Translations under genes and position numbers: made by a program
Origin: Eledone cirrhosa
Lineage: Eukaryota
Length of the DNA: 64,000 nt
Direction: 5' to 3'
NCBI GenBank assembly: GCA_964016885.1
Contig: OZ024743.1
Coordinates: forward strand, 329,840,001 to 329,904,000
Shown here: positions 1 through 12,910 of the stretch, piece after piece
Layout of the letters: every line of letters starts with the position of its first letter
Position numbering within the stretch: position 1 is the first letter of the stretch
The notes under the pieces: generated by a model
The model's input: the letters and a program-made list of their open reading frames with translations, nothing else
What the model was told of the DNA's origin: nothing
Databases searched by the model: none

Positions 1-2890
1 TTTTTGTTGTGTTGATGGTGTGTTGGTGGTGTTTGTGGTGTGTTGGTGACGTGTTGATGGTGTTTTTGGTATGTTGATGGTGTGTTGGTGGTGTTTGTGG
101 TCTGTTGGTGATGTGTTGGTGGTGTTTGTGGTGTGTTGGTGGTGTGTTGGTGGTGTTTATGGTGTGTTGGTGGTGTGTTGGTGGTGTTTGTGGTGTGTTG
201 GTGATGTGTTGGTGGTGTTTTTGGTGTGTTGGTGGTGTGTTGGTGGTGTTTGTGGTGTGTTGGTGATGTGTTGGTGGTGTTTTTGGTGTGTTGGTGGTGT
301 GTTGGTGGTGTTTGTGGTGTGTTGGTGATGTGTTGGTGGTGTTTGTGGTGTTTTGGTAGTGTGTTGGTCGTGTTTGTGGTGTGTTGGTAGTGTGTTGGTG
401 GTGTTTGTGGTGTGTTGGTAGTGTGTTGGTGGTGTTTGTGGTGTGTTGGTGGTGTGTTCGTGGTGTTTGTGGTGTGTTGGTGGTGTGTTGGTGGTGTTTA
501 TGACGTGTTGGTGATGTATTGGTGGTGTTTGTGGTGTGTTGGTGATGTGTTGGTGATGTGTTGGTGGTGTATTTGGTGTGTTGGTGGTGTTTGTGGTGTG
601 TTGGTGATGTGTTGGTGGTGTTTTTAGTGTGTTGGTGGTGTGTTGGTGGTGTTCGTGGTGTGTTGGTGGTGTGTTGGTGGTGTTTTTGGTGTGTTGGTGG
701 TGTGTTGGTGGTGTTTGTGGTGTGTTGGTGATGTGTTGGTGGTGTTTTTGGTGTGTTGGTGGTGTTTGTGGTGTATTGGTGGTGTGTTGGTGGTGTTTGT
801 GGCGTGTTGGTGATGTGTTAGTGGTGTTTGTGGTGTGTTGGTGATGTGTTGGTGGTGTTTTTGGTGTGTTGGTGATGTGTTGGTAGTGTGTTGGTGTGTT
901 GGTGGTGTTTGTGGTGTGTTGGTGATGTGTTGGTGGTGTTTTTGGTGTGTTTGTCGCGTGTTGGTGGTGTTTGTGGTGTGTTGGTGATGTGTTGGTGGTG
1001 TTTGTGGTGTGTTGGTAGTGTGTTGGTCGCGTTTGTGGTGTGTTGGTAGTGTGTTGGTGGTGTTTGTGGTGTGTTGGTAGTGTGTTGGTGGTGTTTGTGG
1101 TGTGTTGGTAGTGTGTTGGTGGTGTTTATGGCGTGTTGGTGATGTATTGGTGGTGTTTGTGGTGTGTTGGTGATGTGTTGGTGGTGTTTTTGGTGTGTTG
1201 GTGATGTGTTGGTGGTGTTTTTGGTGTGTTGGTGGTGTGTTGGTGGTGTTTGTGGTGTGTTGGTGATGTGTTGGTGGTGTTTTTGGTGTGTTGGTGGTGT
1301 GTTGGTGGTGTTTGTGGTGTGTTGGTGATGTGTTGGTGGTGTTTGTGGTGTGTTGGTGATGTGTTGGTGGTGTTTGTGGTGTGTTGGTGATGTGTTGGTG
1401 GTGTTTGTGGTGTGTTGGTAGTGTGTTGGTCGTGTTTGTGGTGTGTTGGTAGTGTGTTGGTCGTGTTTGTGGTGTGTGTTGTTAGTGTGTTGGTGGTGTT
1501 TATGGCGTGTTGGTAATGTATTGGTGGTGTTTGTGGTGTGTTGGTGATGTGTTGGTGGTATTTTTGGTGTGTTGGTGGTGTTTGTGGTGTATTGGTGGTG
1601 TGTTGGTCGTGTTTATGGCGTGTTGGTGATGTATTGGTGGTGTTTGTGGTGTGTTGGTGATGTGTTGGTGGTGTTTTTGGTGTGTTGGTGGTGTGTTGGT
1701 GGTGTTTTTGGTGTGTTTGTGCTGTGTTGGTGGTGTTTGTGGTGTGTTGGTGATGTGTTGGTTGTGTTTGTGGTGTGTTGGTGATGTGTTGGTGGTGTTT
1801 GTGGTGTGTTGGTGATGTGTTGGTGGTGTTTTTGGTGTGTTGGTGATGTGTTGGTGGTGTTTGTGGTGAGTTGGTAGAGTGTTGCTGGTGTTTGTGGCGT
1901 GTTGGTGATGTGTTGGTGGTGTTTTTGTTGTGTTGGTGATGTGTTGGTGGTGTTTGTGGTGTGTTGGTAGAGTGTTGGTGGTGTTTGTGGCGTGTTGGTG
2001 ATGTGTTGGTGGTGTTTTTGGTGTGTTGGCGGTGTGTTGGTGGTGTTTGTGGTGTGTTGGTGATGTGTTGTTGGTGTTTGTGGTGTGTTGGTGTGTTTGT
2101 GGTGTTTGTGGTGTGTTGGTGGTGTGTTGGTGGTGTTTGTGGCGTGTTGGTGATGTGTTAGTGGTGTTTGTGGTGTGTTGGTGATGTGTTGGTGGTGTTT
2201 ATGGCGTGTTGGTGATGTATTGGTGGTGTTTGTGATGTGTTTGTGATGTGTTGGTGGTGTTTTTGGTGTGTTGGTGATGTGTTGGTGGTGTTTGTGGTGT
2301 GTTGGTAGAGTGTTGGTGGTGTTTGTGGCGTGTTGGTGATGTGTTGGTGGTGTTTTTGGTGTGTTGGTGGTGTGTTGGTGGTGTTTGTGGTGTGTTGGTG
2401 ATGTGTTGGTGGTGTTTGTGGTGTGTTGGTGATGTGTTGGTGGTCTTTGTGGTGTGTTGGTAGAGTGTTGGTGGTGTTTGTGGCGTGTTGGTGATGTGTT
2501 GGTGGTGTTTGTGGTGTGTTGGTGGTGTGTTGGTGGTGTTTGTGGTGTGTTGGTAGTGTGTTGGTGGTGTTTGTTGCGTGTTGGTGATGTGTTGGTGGTG
2601 TTTGTGGCGTGTTGGTGATGTGTTGGTGGTGTTTGTGGTATGTTGGTGGTATTTGTGGTGTGTTGGTGGTGTGTTGGTGGTTTTTTTTGGTGTGTTGGTG
2701 GTGTGTTGGTGGTGTTGGTGGTGTGTTGGTGGTGTTTGTGGTGTGTTGTTGGTGTGTTGGTGGTGTTTGTGGTGTGTTGGTGGTGTGTTGGTGGTGTTTG
2801 TTGTGTTTTGGTGGTGTTGTGGTGTTTGTGGTGTGTTGGTGGTTTTGTGGTGTTGGTGGTGTTTGTGGTGTGTTGTTGGTGTTTGTGTTC
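1..2890. repeat. G/T-only minisatellite (11-12 bp units GGTGGTGTGTT / GGTGGTGTTTGT / GGTGATGTGTT)
   Basis: Continuous degenerate tandem array; + strand almost exclusively G and T; runs off the window start. Confidence 0.95.
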
Positions 2891-3280
2891 TTGGTGATTG
2901 TAGCGGTGTTAGCGGTGGTGGTGTTAATGGCGGTGGTAATGGTGGAATGTTTTGTTTTTTGTGGTAGTGCTGTTCATGTGGTGTTGGTCATTTTGCTGGC
3001 TGTTGTGGTGGGAATATTGATTAGTGGTATTGATGATGATGATGTTTGTGATGCTACTGACAGTGTAGTTGTGGTGGTGGGGATGGCGTTAGTGTTGTAA
3101 GTGTTGCTGGTATCCATAGTATTGATGATGATGGTGCTGAAACCACTACTATCACTATGTTATTGATGAATACGATGATGATGGTGATACCATTACTATC
3201 ACTACAACACTGGTTATGGTATAATGGTAATGGTATTGGTGATGGTAATGATGGTGGTGGTGTGGAGACCACTACTATTA

Positions 3281-3573
3281 CCACTACATTGCCGGTAGTA
3301 TAATAGTAGTGGTATTGGTGGTGGTGGTGATGATTGTGGCTTCGATACCACTACAGTCTACCACTACATTGCTGGTGGTATAATGGTAGTGGTATTGGTG
3401 GTGGTGGTGATGATTGTGGCTTCGATACCACTACAGTCTACCACTACATTGCTGGTGGTATAATGGTAGTGGTATTGGTGGTGGTGGTGATGATTGTGGC
3501 TACGATACCACTACAGTCTACCACTACACTGCTGGTGGTATAATGGTAGTGGTCTTGGTGGTGGTGGTGATGA
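3281..3573. repeat. 80-bp tandem repeat, ~3.5 copies
   Basis: 'ccactacattgctggtggtataatggtagtggtattggtggtggtggtgatgattgtggcttcgataccactacagtcta' recurs at 80-bp spacing (3281, 3361, 3441, 3521). Confidence 0.9.
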
Positions 3574-3720
3574 TGTCTGTACCATTGCAATCACCATGGT
3601 ATTGGGGATGGTGATGATGTTGAGAACGGCGATACCACTACTATAACAACTATACAGATGATGATATAATCGTAGTGGTGGTGGTGGTAGTGTCGATACC
3701 ACTACTCTCATCATAGTATC

Positions 3721-3749
3721 GATGATGATAATGATGATGATGATGATGC

Positions 3750-3796
<47 letters not shown>

Positions 3797-3822
3797 ATGA
3801 TGCTGATGCTGCTGATGATGAA

Positions 3823-3856
<34 letters not shown>

Positions 3857-3915
3857 CTGATGATGATGATGATGATGAAGATGATGATGATGATGATGAT
3901 GATGATTATGATGCT

Positions 3916-3968
<53 letters not shown>
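3721..3968. repeat. (GAT)n microsatellite with GCT/GAA interruptions
   Basis: Direct reading. Confidence 0.95.
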
Positions 3969-3969
<1 letters not shown>

Positions 3970-4416
3970 ACCATACTCACTACACTGAAGGTTAAATATA
4001 AAGAAAAAAACAAAAATATTTTTTTTTATTCTAGAAAAAAACAAAACAAAACAGGAAGAAGATAACATCCGCAAGTGGGAGGTAAGAAACGCCATAAGCG
4101 ACCTCTAGTGATTAATTAATTGGGAAATCGATATCGAGATAGGGTCTCTCTACTCCCCGCCCTCATTAATATATTTGTTCATTGTTTTTATCTATTTCAT
4201 TTACATCTATTTTCATATGTTCAATATTCCACCCCACCACCACCACTATCTTCCCCATACCCCCATCACCCCACCACCACCTCACAACTCTCTCCACCCC
4301 ACCAGTACCACCTCACAACCCTCTCCCCCCATACCCCACTACCGTTACCACCCGACCACACCACTATTCCCCAACTTTTTTTTTGTATTTTGTCTATTTT
4401 TTATTGACTTTTTCGT

Positions 4417-5063
4417 TCGCACCAACCTGAGGTATCTGATTTTTAATGCGATGAAATACCAATGATGGTTGGTAAATCACTGATGAGGGACTAATTTTAT
4501 AATATGTAACCCATGTGCAACCACGCAGTATCCCTCTTCCCATATTTTTCATACATATTTACCTAAACTGCGATTATCTGTTTCTCACTTTCTCTCTTAC
4601 TGCTCCCCCGTTCTCTCTGTTTCTCTTACCTTCTTTCGCCCCCTCTGTCAGTTACACTTTCTCTCGACTGACCTCTTCCTCGCACTTCCACTCACTCACT
4701 CTCTGTTTCTCCCCTTCTCACTTCCTCGCGTTCGCTAGTAGTGGGGTTCCTTCTTTCTCACACCGCATTCACGGCGTACGGTCTGCTTCTCTGATCGTTC
4801 ATGAAATTCACCCAGCTTATGCTGATCGGATAACTATCATGTGGCTTGCTGTTTTTCCAACCTTCGGTTTGCTTTTCCTTCTGTTGTTTACTTGTTTCAC
4901 TCGCTTTACGCGTTTCACTTGTCCCAATAGCTTATTTTAGTTATTGCTCGCACCAACCTGAGGTATCTGATTTTTAATGCGATGAAATACCAATGATGGT
5001 TGGCAAAATCACTGATGAGGGACTAATTTTATAATGTGTAACCATGCAGTATTCTTCTCCCCT

Positions 5064-5068
<5 letters not shown>
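4417..5068 (+). mobile_element. Terminally redundant repeat ending in (TA)n; probable Penelope-like pLTR remnant
   Basis: ~100-bp direct repeat at 4417-4515 and 4948-5046 (spacing 531) containing CTGATGAG; homolog at ~47290-47730 also ends at (TA)n. Confidence 0.55.
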
Positions 5069-5606
<538 letters not shown>

Positions 5607-5719
5607 TTAACTGATCTTCTTGTATTTTCTTTTATCCGAAACCAGGAACTCTTCAGCACACCCTCGTATGTATATATATTCTACCATAAAATTCGAATAT
5701 CCACACGTATGTCTATATC

Positions 5720-5885
5720 AATCACGGACAAACCGCAGCCCGCGAGCCGCATTCCACCCGTTTGGCCTGCTGAATAGCTCGCCTAATTTCAAAATTGCCC
5801 TGAATGTTTTTAGTAGTGTGGCCCATCTTATGATGAGTCGCATCCTATGCGGCCCATAGCTCGAAATAGGTTGCCCATGCCTAGT
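5720..5885. mobile_element. Degenerate hAT-type MITE
   Basis: Left 'cacggacaaaccgcagcccgcgagccgc' and right 'gcggccc...aggttgcccatgcct' resemble CAGGCATGGGCAA-type termini with subterminal GGCCC motifs. Confidence 0.4.
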
Positions 5886-6214
5886 TTATACAAATACTCA
5901 TAAATGCATATTTATTAAAATGTTTACTCACACAAACACTACCCACATATACATGAGTGTATGCACAAACACCGTGTATGCAAACATGCTCTCACACACA
6001 TGTTAATGTATGCATTCTACGTCATGCACTCACACGTGTTATCCTATCATCTCAACAGGTACATATAACTACATAAATACCTGCATACAAATATAGTGTA
6101 CAAAGTAATACCTATAGAGAAATACAGTATATTTGTTAGGTAATGGTTAAGGTGTAAATACTCGCACTTTGTTCAGCATATACATAAACAATATCATATA
6201 CACTCTCAGTATAT

Positions 6215-6255
6215 GTCACTGATGACGGACAACAATCCAGAAATATCTATCTGGC
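6215..6255 (+). ncRNA. Degenerate type I hammerhead ribozyme motif
   Basis: gtca-CTGATGA-cgga caacaa tcca-GAAAT atct ATC-tggc; mismatch at base of stem II. Confidence 0.45.
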
Positions 6256-6408
6256 CTTCTCACAGCTACTGAGATAGCTATGAAATAATTACAGTTGCAA
6301 AAAGAAAAATCATAGTGAGACATGTTTACTATACATAAACAACCTATCGCATATATTCTTTCACATACATCCCTATGATGAAATACACTATGTTAGTGCC
6401 ACTTCCCA

Positions 6409-6448
<40 letters not shown>

Positions 6449-6615
6449 GGAGGTGAGTTTTATTGTAGTACAATAAAGCAATGCAGATATCGGATAAGAA
6501 GCACTCTACAGTTTGTAGATATATAAAATAATTAAGATATAATAATTTGTAGATATATAAAATAATTAAGTCAAATATGTAAAATTTGGCTTCGTTTATT
6601 ATAAATTATAGGTAT

Positions 6616-6670
6616 ACTGGTATATATATTTCGGTGACAGCCATCATTGGCTGTGACCTCTTCAGGCAGT
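6616..6670 (-). ncRNA. Type I hammerhead ribozyme motif
   Basis: Minus strand: actgc-CTGAAGA-ggtcacagcca atga tggctgtcacc-GAAAT atat ATA-ccagt; 10/11-bp stem II, palindromic stem III loop, C-C mismatch at first stem I pair. Confidence 0.75.
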
Positions 6671-6845
6671 CCGAATTGGTGTGGGAAAGACAGGTACACA
6701 TGTTGTTGAAGTGTGTTTTACTCCGTCAATACATCTATATGTCCAGTTCCTGGTTCTGTTGTTATTCCTCTGAGGAACTGGAATCATCGTCGAATGCTCC
6801 AATCTGGATACTGAGGTGTCGGTAAACAACCAACATATACTCAAA

Positions 6846-6906
<61 letters not shown>

Positions 6907-6918
6907 TATGTATTTATT

Positions 6919-6996
<78 letters not shown>

Positions 6997-7338
6997 TGTA
7001 TGTATGTATGTATGTATGCATATAAATTACTTATGTAGAGTCGCGCAAAACATTCATAAAGATCTCGCTACAAATCCATGGGTTATTTCATGGCAACTCT
7101 AAAAATAAATTACAATGGGAAATATGGTTTACGTAGTGGATATTAACAGTTTCAGTAAACTAATTATTAATAACGGATGGTAGAAAAACTAAAGTTATAC
7201 AGATAGCTGAAAGCATGGGTGTTTGGCTAAGGAGTTCGCTTCGCAACAAGTTGGTTCTGGGTTCAGTCCTCTAGTGTTGTACCTTATATGATTTCTACTA
7301 CAGTCTCGGGTGGACTAATATCTTGTGAATGTTATCTT

Positions 7339-7342
7339 GTCA

Positions 7343-7436
<94 letters not shown>

Positions 7437-7483
7437 CATCCTCCTCCTCCTCATCATCATCTTCTTCTTCTTCTTCTTCTTCT
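7339..7483. repeat. Graded trinucleotide tract (GTC)n-(ATC)n-(CTC)n-(TTC)n
   Basis: Direct reading; abuts the 3' end of the RTE fragment. Confidence 0.9.
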
Positions 7484-7750
7484 TGTGTGGGTCGGGGGAG
7501 CAGAGTCCTCAAACACTCCTTCCAGCAGGTCTTGTCCAAAACAACCGTCTCCAACTGATCCGACTGGTTCCCCAAGCGAGACCAGCCAAGCTCATGGATG
7601 TTATCCAACTATCTTGATCAGGGTCTACCCCTGGGTTCCCTGCCGGTTTGGTCTTGCCCGTAAAATCTGTCCAGCGATTCTTTCCTGAGACATTCTAATC
7701 ACATGTCCATAGTATCGGAGCTGTGATCTCTCAATTTGGAGAAGTAGCAG
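7484..7750 (-). mobile_element. RTE-clade LINE 3' end fragment
   Basis: Minus strand reads LLQIERSQLRYYGHVIRMSQERI, like the RTE C-terminal LRWxGHVxRM motif; then DNIHELGWSRLG...LLPRP into a (GAA)n tail; homologous to 34290-34500. Confidence 0.8.
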
Positions 7751-8019
7751 GAAGGAACTCCTCAAAGGTAGACATTAACATTGTAAAATACGAAATAATA
7801 TAGAAAATATACAAAAATAAATACAATAATGAAATTAAATATAAATTACAAGTCATAAAATAAAAAAATACTATGAATACAAAAAAAAAAAATGTAAGAC
7901 AACATGAAAGTATCAAATATAGCAATACATATAACATAAAATATAAACTTTATAAAATAAGAAATAATATAAATATTAGGTTTATGTATTTGTTCTGTAA
8001 TATTCTTGATGTGAAATTG

Positions 8020-8300
8020 TATGTTGAGGGTCATGTTGCTAATAGAAACACACGCACCACATAATTTTTACTTTATCTTTATTGTTCATTATTCATTCGT
8101 TTGTCAAAGTTCCTTTTTGTCTCAAGACGAAGTAGAAGTTCAAGACCAGGAAAAAGCGGAGACACAAAACAAATAGTCATTAAGGAGGTCACAAAATGTG
8201 TGACGAAGACAAAGATAAAATGAAAATTATATGGTCCGTGTATTTCTATTGACAATATTGTCAGTCAACATGACTATCCCCAAATATAACAATAATATAA
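8020..8300. mobile_element. Decayed Penelope-like pLTR pair in inverted orientation
   Basis: 8027-8070 is roughly inverted relative to 8222-8290; homologous to 58993-59233; decayed hammerhead relic 'gtcattaaggaggtcacaaaatgtgtgacgaag' at ~8176-8210. Confidence 0.45.
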
Positions 8301-8789
8301 ATATTATAATATAAGATAACATTCTTACCTTGCAAAATCCCCACTAAAAGCAAGATGACACTGGCAAGTACCTCAGGTGTAAATTGTTACTGTTGCTAAG
8401 AAGGCAGGAAATTACTGCTCAGATACTGCACTTAGAATATTTTATTTCATTTGTTCTTATGGCCCAGATATTGAAGCAATGTCAGATAAATTTCAAGGCC
8501 CAAAACGCATTGAGTAAGAAACGGTGTTAGTTACATTTATTTTCACTTGCATGTATTTTTGTCTGATTTTTTATAGCTAACATGGTAGCTAGACCTGCAT
8601 AATTAACTAGTCATTTGAGGGCGAATCAGCGTGGGATAGGGATTAGCGTGTTGCGTCACCGTGTGACATATCCAGGGAGTATATAACTGCGATCTCAGCT
8701 CTCAGTAGTCATTGAAAGTTTTTTTACGTGCCTTTGTTAACCACTCCTCAATTTTAGGCTGTCAAGCGAAGGGAACAGAACACGGAACC

Positions 8790-9355
8790 AACCTGAAGTT
8801 TCTGATTCCTCGGAATACCGCAGCAAGTGACCAGGATGAGATGATTTCGCACTCACGGGGATTTTGAGTGACACAAAGGGTTTAAAGTGGGACGCGAGGA
8901 CGTGGAAGACGAACCCAGTTGCGGAAGGCCTTTAACAAGCAGGACTGAGGCCAACGTTCGACTGATCGGAAGTGAGCTGCGCATGAACCACGACAGGTAA
9001 TCATCGAATATTTGGGCATACGAAAGATCTGCGCAAAGATGGTGCCGAAGGTACTGAATGATGACCAGAAGGAGCGACACATTGAGGTGTGTCAGGACAT
9101 CCTCAAGCGAATCAGAATGTTTTCCTTTTCTCCAAACTCAAGAGAAGGAAGCCTGCTTTCCGGATGTGGAAGCCATCGAGGACCGTGACGACTGAGCTGC
9201 GGAGAATCCCTCCAGGAGTTCATGGAGATGTGGTGTAGAAGGGTGGGAAGTGCGTTAGACTTGAGGGGGTTTATTTCGAAGGGGAAAACTTACAGTTTGT
9301 TGTTGAACATTTTTTTTGCGGCCAATGTCTTATTTCTGTTCTGACACACCACGTA
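8790..9355 (+). pseudogene. mariner-type transposase remnant, internally deleted
   Basis: Translates to FKVGREDVEDEPSCGRPLTS (HTH-linker GRP motif), KICAKMVPKVLNDDQKERH (WVP-like motif) and CVRLEGVYFEG (mariner C-terminus); frameshifted. Confidence 0.85.
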
Positions 9356-9390
9356 AGTCAAAGTCTCTGTCGGTTTTGATATATATATTT

Positions 9391-9472
<82 letters not shown>

Positions 9473-9554
9473 TCTTCTCTGAATTTAAACCAGTGACTAA
9501 CAAAATGACAAGACTTGTTTAAATCAAGACAGACCGAGGCGTTTGTAAATAATT

Positions 9555-9888
9555 CAGTGAACTAAGTTATTCCCCGCTATTCGCGGGGATTACGATCCTA
9601 GAGCATCTGCGAAGAGTAAAAATCCGCGAACATCGGACGTGGTCCATAAAAATACATCTAAACGTCAAAACATAACGTAAAATATAGGCCGGCAAATACG
9701 GTATATTGTTGTTAATAATTTAGCGTTAAAAGCGTGAAAAAATAAATATTGCCACGAAAAAAAGCCAGAAAAATCACGGAAGATATTTACGGTTCCGCAA
9801 ATATGCAGTGGTTTCCACGAACAATTATTAGTTAGTTCTAAGGAAAATTTAGCGAATAACCGAGACCGCGAATACCAGTGGTACACTG
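9555..9888. mobile_element. pogo/Tigger-type MITE
   Basis: CAGTG...ccccgctattcgcgg at left and ccgcgaatac...CACTG-TA at right form imperfect TIRs. Confidence 0.55.
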
Positions 9889-9906
9889 TATACCTATGCA
9901 TTTATA

Positions 9907-10086
9907 CGATGGTCGACTGAAAAGTTCATAGGCTGATCAAGATACTCTCATGGAATGACCAAATGAGGTTTATTCTTCAATTACATTGCAATTATTAATA
10001 AGAGTTGAAAATGAATGCATGCAAGATTTCATAGCGTCAGCATCAGTCGTTCATAGTCAGCCTATGAACTTTTCAGCCGACACTCG
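9907..10086. mobile_element. mariner-type MITE with TA target duplication
   Basis: TA-cgatggtcgactgaaaagttcataggctga ... tcagcctatgaacttttcagccgacactcg-TA; ~30-bp TIRs. Confidence 0.85.
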
Positions 10087-10169
10087 TATATATATAAACG
10101 AGTTACTGTATGTATGTATATATATATATATATATACACATTTTTGTAGGTGTGAGTGCGCTTATGTGT

Positions 10170-10704
10170 TGTATACGTATCTGTGTGTATGTACATATAT
10201 GTAAGTGTGTGCGCTCGTGTATGTGTGTGTGTATATATAAGTATCTGTGTGTATGTACATATATGTAAGTGTGTGCGCTCGTGTATGTGTGTGTGTGTAT
10301 ATAAGTATCTGTGTGTATGTACATATATGTAAGTGTGTGCGCTCGTGTATGTGTGTGTGTGTATATAAGTATCTGTGTGTATGTACATATATGCAAGTGT
10401 GTGTGCTCGTGTATGTGTGTGTGTGTATATAAGTATCTGTGTGTATGTACATATATGTAAGTGTGTGCGCTCGTGTAAGTGTGTGTGTGTATATAAGTAT
10501 CTGTGTGTATGTACATATATGTAAGTGTGTGCGCTCGTGTATGTGCGTGTGTGTGTGAGTGTGTGTGTATGTATGTGTGTGAGTGTGAGTGTGTGTGAGT
10601 GTGTGTGTGTGAGTGTGTGCGTGTGTGTGTGTGTGAGTGTGTGTGTGTATGTGTGTGTGTGAGTGTGTGAGTGTGTGTGTGTATGTGCGTGCGTGTGTGT
10701 GTGA

Positions 10705-10780
<76 letters not shown>
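10170..10780. repeat. ~62-bp minisatellite (6 copies) followed by (TG)n
   Basis: 'gtatctgtgtgtatgtacatatatgtaagtgtgtgcgctcgtgtatgtgtgtgtgtatataa' repeats. Confidence 0.9.
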
Positions 10781-10784
<4 letters not shown>

Positions 10785-11254
10785 ATTTTCATTTTAGTAA
10801 ACTGAAAAAGAGAATGTTGGAGATAACTTGCCAATCTTCATTGTACCAGAAATCGATTGGATTGAAGGATGCGAGTCAGCTTGGTTTGTTAAATCTCTCC
10901 AATACTCAAAGGCTTGTATTCGAATTTCTGTTTAAATAATCCAGTGAAAGGGTAAAGATCTCCTTCAATTACGGAAGACCATTGGCTTTGCAACTAGAAA
11001 GTTCCTCACCTGAGGCACAAGCTAGTGTAAGGTGCTTTTGTAGAAAATGAGCAGTTGCCCATACACGCCGGTATCTCTTTCTAGGCCACCGATGTCGTCG
11101 AAGGGAAAGACAAAGGCCGTTACAGCATGGGACCAGTGACGTCGTAAAAGACACATATACTGTATATACATTTATATGCACTAGATATACACAATATATG
11201 ATGTCCAAGGGAAAGGAAAAGGCCGAAACAGCTAGTCAAAAGTGGCGTATCAAC

Positions 11255-11360
11255 GTAAAATAAATTGTCTTGCTCAAAGAAACAAGGCACCAGCTGGTCT
11301 GGGAATGGAACTTCAACCTCACGATTGTAAATCCAATTCTCAACCACTAAGCCACGCACC
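11255..11360 (-). mobile_element. tRNA-derived CORE-type SINE fragment
   Basis: Minus strand 'gcgtggcttagtggttgag...gaggttgaagttccattcc...ctttgagcaagacaatttatttt'; same family as 57627-57742. Confidence 0.7.
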
Positions 11361-11539
11361 TCAGACAACCCAGTACACTTAACATAACCTGCACACATGA
11401 ACTTATAGTCACGGTACAAGATTTGTGAGTTCTACATTAGCTCACAGGAGAGGTTTAAGTTTGTGTGTATATGTATGTTGATGTATTTGAATCTGTGCAC
11501 ATATACATACTTATATACCCACAGATATATAAATACATA

Positions 11540-11860
11540 AAAACATACATGCATGTGTGTATGTGTATACAAGTTCTTGTATATACACAAATGCATATAT
11601 ACATGTGTGTATGTGTATATACAAGTTCTTGTATATATATAAAAACATATGTATGTGTGTATGTGTATATATGCAAGTCCTTGTATATACACATCAAACA
11701 TATGCATATATATGTATATACATATTAGCATATGTATATACAAGTTCTTGTATATACACATAAAACATATATGCAATATGCATGTGTGTATACAAGTTCT
11801 TGTATATACACAAAAGCATATATGCATGTATGTATGTGTACATACAAGTTCTTGTATACG
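11540..11860. repeat. ~55-60-bp degenerate minisatellite anchored on 'tacaagttcttgtata'
   Basis: Palindromic anchor recurs 6 times. Confidence 0.75.
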
Positions 11861-12109
11861 TTTTTACGTGTGTGTGTCAGTAAATTTCATCTATATGTAA
11901 TACTACGAGAAATTTCTACTTGGTTTCAACAGAATATATTTACATCTAAGTCTTTACCTCACTATATTCATATATAATTTACTTTTCCTAGATTTAGTTT
12001 CCGTTTTTATTTGATCTTGTATTGAAATTTATACGATATATTTTTGCCTAATCTAATTTTGTTCCTTATTCATGTCCACGACATTTTTTCTTGTTGCTGT
12101 TATGTATGC

Positions 12110-12910
12110 TAGACCCCTCCGTCGGTCACGACGATGAGTGTTATAGTTATTTGATCAACGAAACAGTCTACTTGTGAGATTAACGTGCAAGTGACTGAGC
12201 ATACAACAGACATGTATACTCTTAATGCGATTATCAGGGAGAATCAGCATGACCCATTGTTTGATAATTTTGTTAATTATTGGTTTCATGTATGTTTGTA
12301 CACAAACCAGCCCTCTTGTGTGTGTCTAAAGTCTGTTTTGAACCCGGAGGATCATCAGGCCAGTGTTTATCCCAGTTTCTGTGACGTGAAGTTATTGAAA
12401 ATACAAGATTTTCCCTGAACAAGACTCATTTTCAGCTGAGTATTCTAGATCAACATGAAATGAAGTGTTTTGCTCAAGAACACAACACACAACCCAGTCC
12501 AGGAATCGAACCCATGACATTATGATCGTATGACCAACATCCTTACTACTATTCTATGTGTCTCCATAGTGTGTGTGTATGTAGTAATATATTGTGAAGC
12601 TGCATGGCTTAGGGGTTAGACTGTTCGGCTCACAATGATAAGGTCTAGATAGCTATTGTCTGCAACGCGTTGTATCCTTGAGCAAAGCAATTTATTTTAC
12701 TTTACTCCAGTGCGCTGAGCTATCAAAAATAAATTGTACCTGAAATTTAGAGAACCATACTTCTCTCACACAGTGTTCCATTGAATATGCCTGAGAATAA
12801 ATTTAAGGGTACACGTGTCGGTGGAATGTTCCTCAACTTATATATTAATTTCACGAGCAAATTGGTCTGTTGGTCATACAAATGGAACACTCCTCGTCAC
12901 AGCTGACGGA
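12110..12910. mobile_element. Two divergent CORE-type SINE copies, head to head
   Basis: 'gtgttttgctcaagaacacaac...ggaatcgaacc' on minus (12465-12512); 'tggcttaggggttag...tccttgagcaaagcaatttatttt' on plus (12605-12700). Confidence 0.6.

Noticed and set aside
71-3100. Val/Trp/Cys-rich ORFs
   Set aside because: Translations of a G/T satellite in all frames; the repeat is also not TTAGGG telomere
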